From: Octopus bimaculoides
Lineage: Eukaryota
Assembly: GCF_001194135.2 (NCBI RefSeq)
Contig: NC_068981.1
Location: forward strand, 87,020,346 to 87,084,345
Direction of reading: 5' to 3'
Length of the DNA stretch: 64,000 nucleotides
Shown here: one piece after another, positions 61,932-64,000 of the stretch
How positions within the stretch are numbered: position 1 is the stretch's first letter
How the letters are laid out: each line of letters begins with the position of its first letter
Position numbers and translations under genes: made by a program
The notes under the pieces: model-generated
Seen by the model: the letters and a program-made list of their open reading frames with translations, nothing else
The model's database searches: none
What the model was told of the DNA's origin: nothing

Positions 61932-62989
61932 ATTCACACATATTAACAAATTGACAGCTCATTTGCTGGGCAGTTAATTATCTCCCCTTGAATGCACTCT
62001 GTTTCCTATAAAATACCCATTCTCATTCAAACGTCGATTACATCAAACGCTTTTGTTCACCAACTTGATAAATGACGAAATAAATTGAACACTTCGGCCA
62101 AGAAACCATGAGAAGCTGAATTTCACAAAACTTATGTGTTTTTTTTTTTTTATGATATATTTATATATACATACGTTTCACTTGTTCTATACACTTTATT
62201 AATCATTATTAAGCAAGAACATTTTTCAAACTTTGAACAGTTTTTGAACTGGAATTTCAGTTGGTTTCATTTCTTTTGTTATATAATTTTGTCACGTGCA
62301 CAGCAGACACAACATGAAAAGACGCACAGTTTCGCCAGACTTTGGTTTCGTTCGTTTTGTCTTACAACAAACACACTGCGTGGGATACATACAGTAGATC
62401 TCTCTTTAAAATCGATTTCACAGCATCTCAGTTTAAATTTAGATTTGTGGCTTAGCCACCATTACTATATTTAGCAATTATATAATAGCAGGTTCTAAAC
62501 CGCCAACGCAGATAAGTAATACTATAGATAAGTAATACTCCTACGGACAAACATCACATCAAATTACCTCTTGTGGTGGCCGTGATCAAATGCCGATTTA
62601 TATCAAAAGCCCTACAAGCATTTTTTTCTGCCGAAATGCAAGCAGAAGGTTCTAGGACATTCGCCATCTTCGTTGTAAATAAGTTTAGATTTCGAATCTC
62701 ACCGGAGATCTTAATTGCGGTAAGTGACTTGCCTCACGGTAGGCCGTCGCAAAGGCATTTTCTCATTTTTGTCTTACATTATATGCTGTCATTACTTCTC
62801 TCTCACACATACAACCAATGAGACACAGATCAGGTGATACCCGAAATCATGAATTGCTTCCACATTTGGAATGGTGATTCTGCAACACACAGAAATGGCT
62901 AGACTATGTAGAAAAACGCTAATCGACTGCTTGGAGTAGAGTTGCTCACGAACACACACCAATCGGTAGTCCGCAGACATATTGTCTCC

Positions 62990-63320
62990 TCTTTCGAGTT
63001 CTGAAATTGCAGTGACTTCTGCTCCTATGACCTGGTGCTCTCAGGCCACTTCCAGTCAAGTACAACTGAGTCACACGTCTCCCTTCTTACTGTCATCTAC
63101 ATTTTGTCCACAACACCCATGTTCCTTATTTACTACTACGCCCAACACTTCCATCTCATTCTGTGGACCCTCTGTAATTCTCAACCTACACATGCATTTT
63201 TCCCTGCAGCCGTAATCTTGACTTGCAACTATTTAAGAGGAATGTCAATCGTATCAATGTCACCGGTCTTTGAGGGCCTGCGAAGGATATGGGTATAGAC
63301 CCATCCTTCAGAACAAACCT
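62990..63320 (+). mobile_element. CR1/L2-like LINE 3' end with (AAT)n tail
   Basis: FPCSRNLDLQLFKRNVNR resembles the conserved C-terminal F...L..FK..VNR; then a short UTR and AAT run. Confidence 0.4.
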
Positions 63321-63345
63321 ATAATAATAATAATAATAATAATAA

Positions 63346-63711
63346 CGGAGAAACTGTATGGCATATTACCAGTCAGTGCAACTCACTAGCACAGAAACAT
63401 TATAAGAGGCAGCATGACAACATAGCAAGTATGTTACATTGGGTACTTTGCAACAAGTATAGATTTGAGACAGCAGAAAAGTGGTACGAACATAAAGGCA
63501 CTATTGAAAATGATAGTGCAAAGATCCTGTGGGACTTTATGATTCGGTGTGACCATGAGATAGAAAATAGGAAATCGATATAGTGATAATTGAGAAAGAA
63601 AGCCAACAGTACTGGATCATAGATATAGCATATCCAATTGACCACAAGATATGCAATGAAGAAGGAAAAGAAGTCGATAGCTATGACAGGTTAGCTTGCG
63701 AGGTTAAACAG
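63346..63711 (+). mobile_element. 5'-truncated Dong-type element (RLE region) after (AAT)n
   Basis: GETVWHITSQC..LAQKHYKRQHDNIA..LHWVLC..KWYEH..ILWDFMIRCDHEIENR..IIDIAYP. Confidence 0.85.
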
Positions 63712-64000
63712 CAAAATGTCATAAAAGAGTTAGAACCAGCGGAGAACTACAAATACCTAGGGGTAATTGAAGGGGACAATATCAAGCATTCAGTGATGAG
63801 GGAAAGGATCAGAAGAGAATGTTATCGCAGGGTGAGAGCAATACTGAAGACAGAGCTGAACGCGAGAAACAGGATCGAAGCGATCAATGCTCTAGCCGTA
63901 GCAGTCGTGACTTACAGTTTCAATATCGTTAACTGGTCAATTACTGAAATATGTAATGTTGACAGAAAAATACGAAAACTGTTGACAATTCATAGAATGC
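63712..64000 (+). mobile_element. Dong-type RT-thumb fragment, same family as 40804-45094, open frame, runs off the window
   Basis: QNVIKELEPAENYKYLGV...CYRRVRAILKTELNARNRIEAINALAVAVVTYSFNIVNW...DRKIRKLLTIHRM, with no stop in 96 codons; nucleotide similarity to 43560-43840. Confidence 0.9.

Noticed and set aside
62780-62980. Promoter suggested by two CCAAT boxes
   Set aside because: Short motifs are expected by chance, and there is no downstream exon or other support.

Overview
Eukaryotic, AT-rich, microsatellite-dense scaffold window with several N gaps. The SINE repertoire and repeat style suggest a cephalopod, probably Octopus; this is inference, not a database result. I find no supportable host protein-coding exon. 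The window is a dense stack of mostly decayed transposable elements. DNA transposons: a Chapaev3/CMC-like element with TIRs (2762-5046), an Academ-like relic, a full-length TTAA-flanked piggyBac (49726-52313), three mariners, and Helitron/Helentron elements. Retroelements: Penelope-like elements, RTE, CR1/L2-like, HERO-like and CRE-like LINE pieces, many tRNA-derived SINEs, and a train of R4/Dong retrotransposons in a (TAA)n tract. Most interesting signals: (1) an ORF1/gag-only retroelement inserted into a SINE with a GGTAT duplication and sharing its 3' tail with a SINE subtype; (2) three different minimal hammerhead ribozyme motifs in Penelope-type ends, one joined to a tRNA-like head; (3) four Dong-type insertions chained in one microsatellite; (4) a CRE-like 5' fragment next to TTAGGG repeats; (5) an RTE fragment enclosed by ~165-bp inverted arms that each carry a conserved 23-bp hairpin. 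Family names come from motif recognition by eye and need database confirmation.
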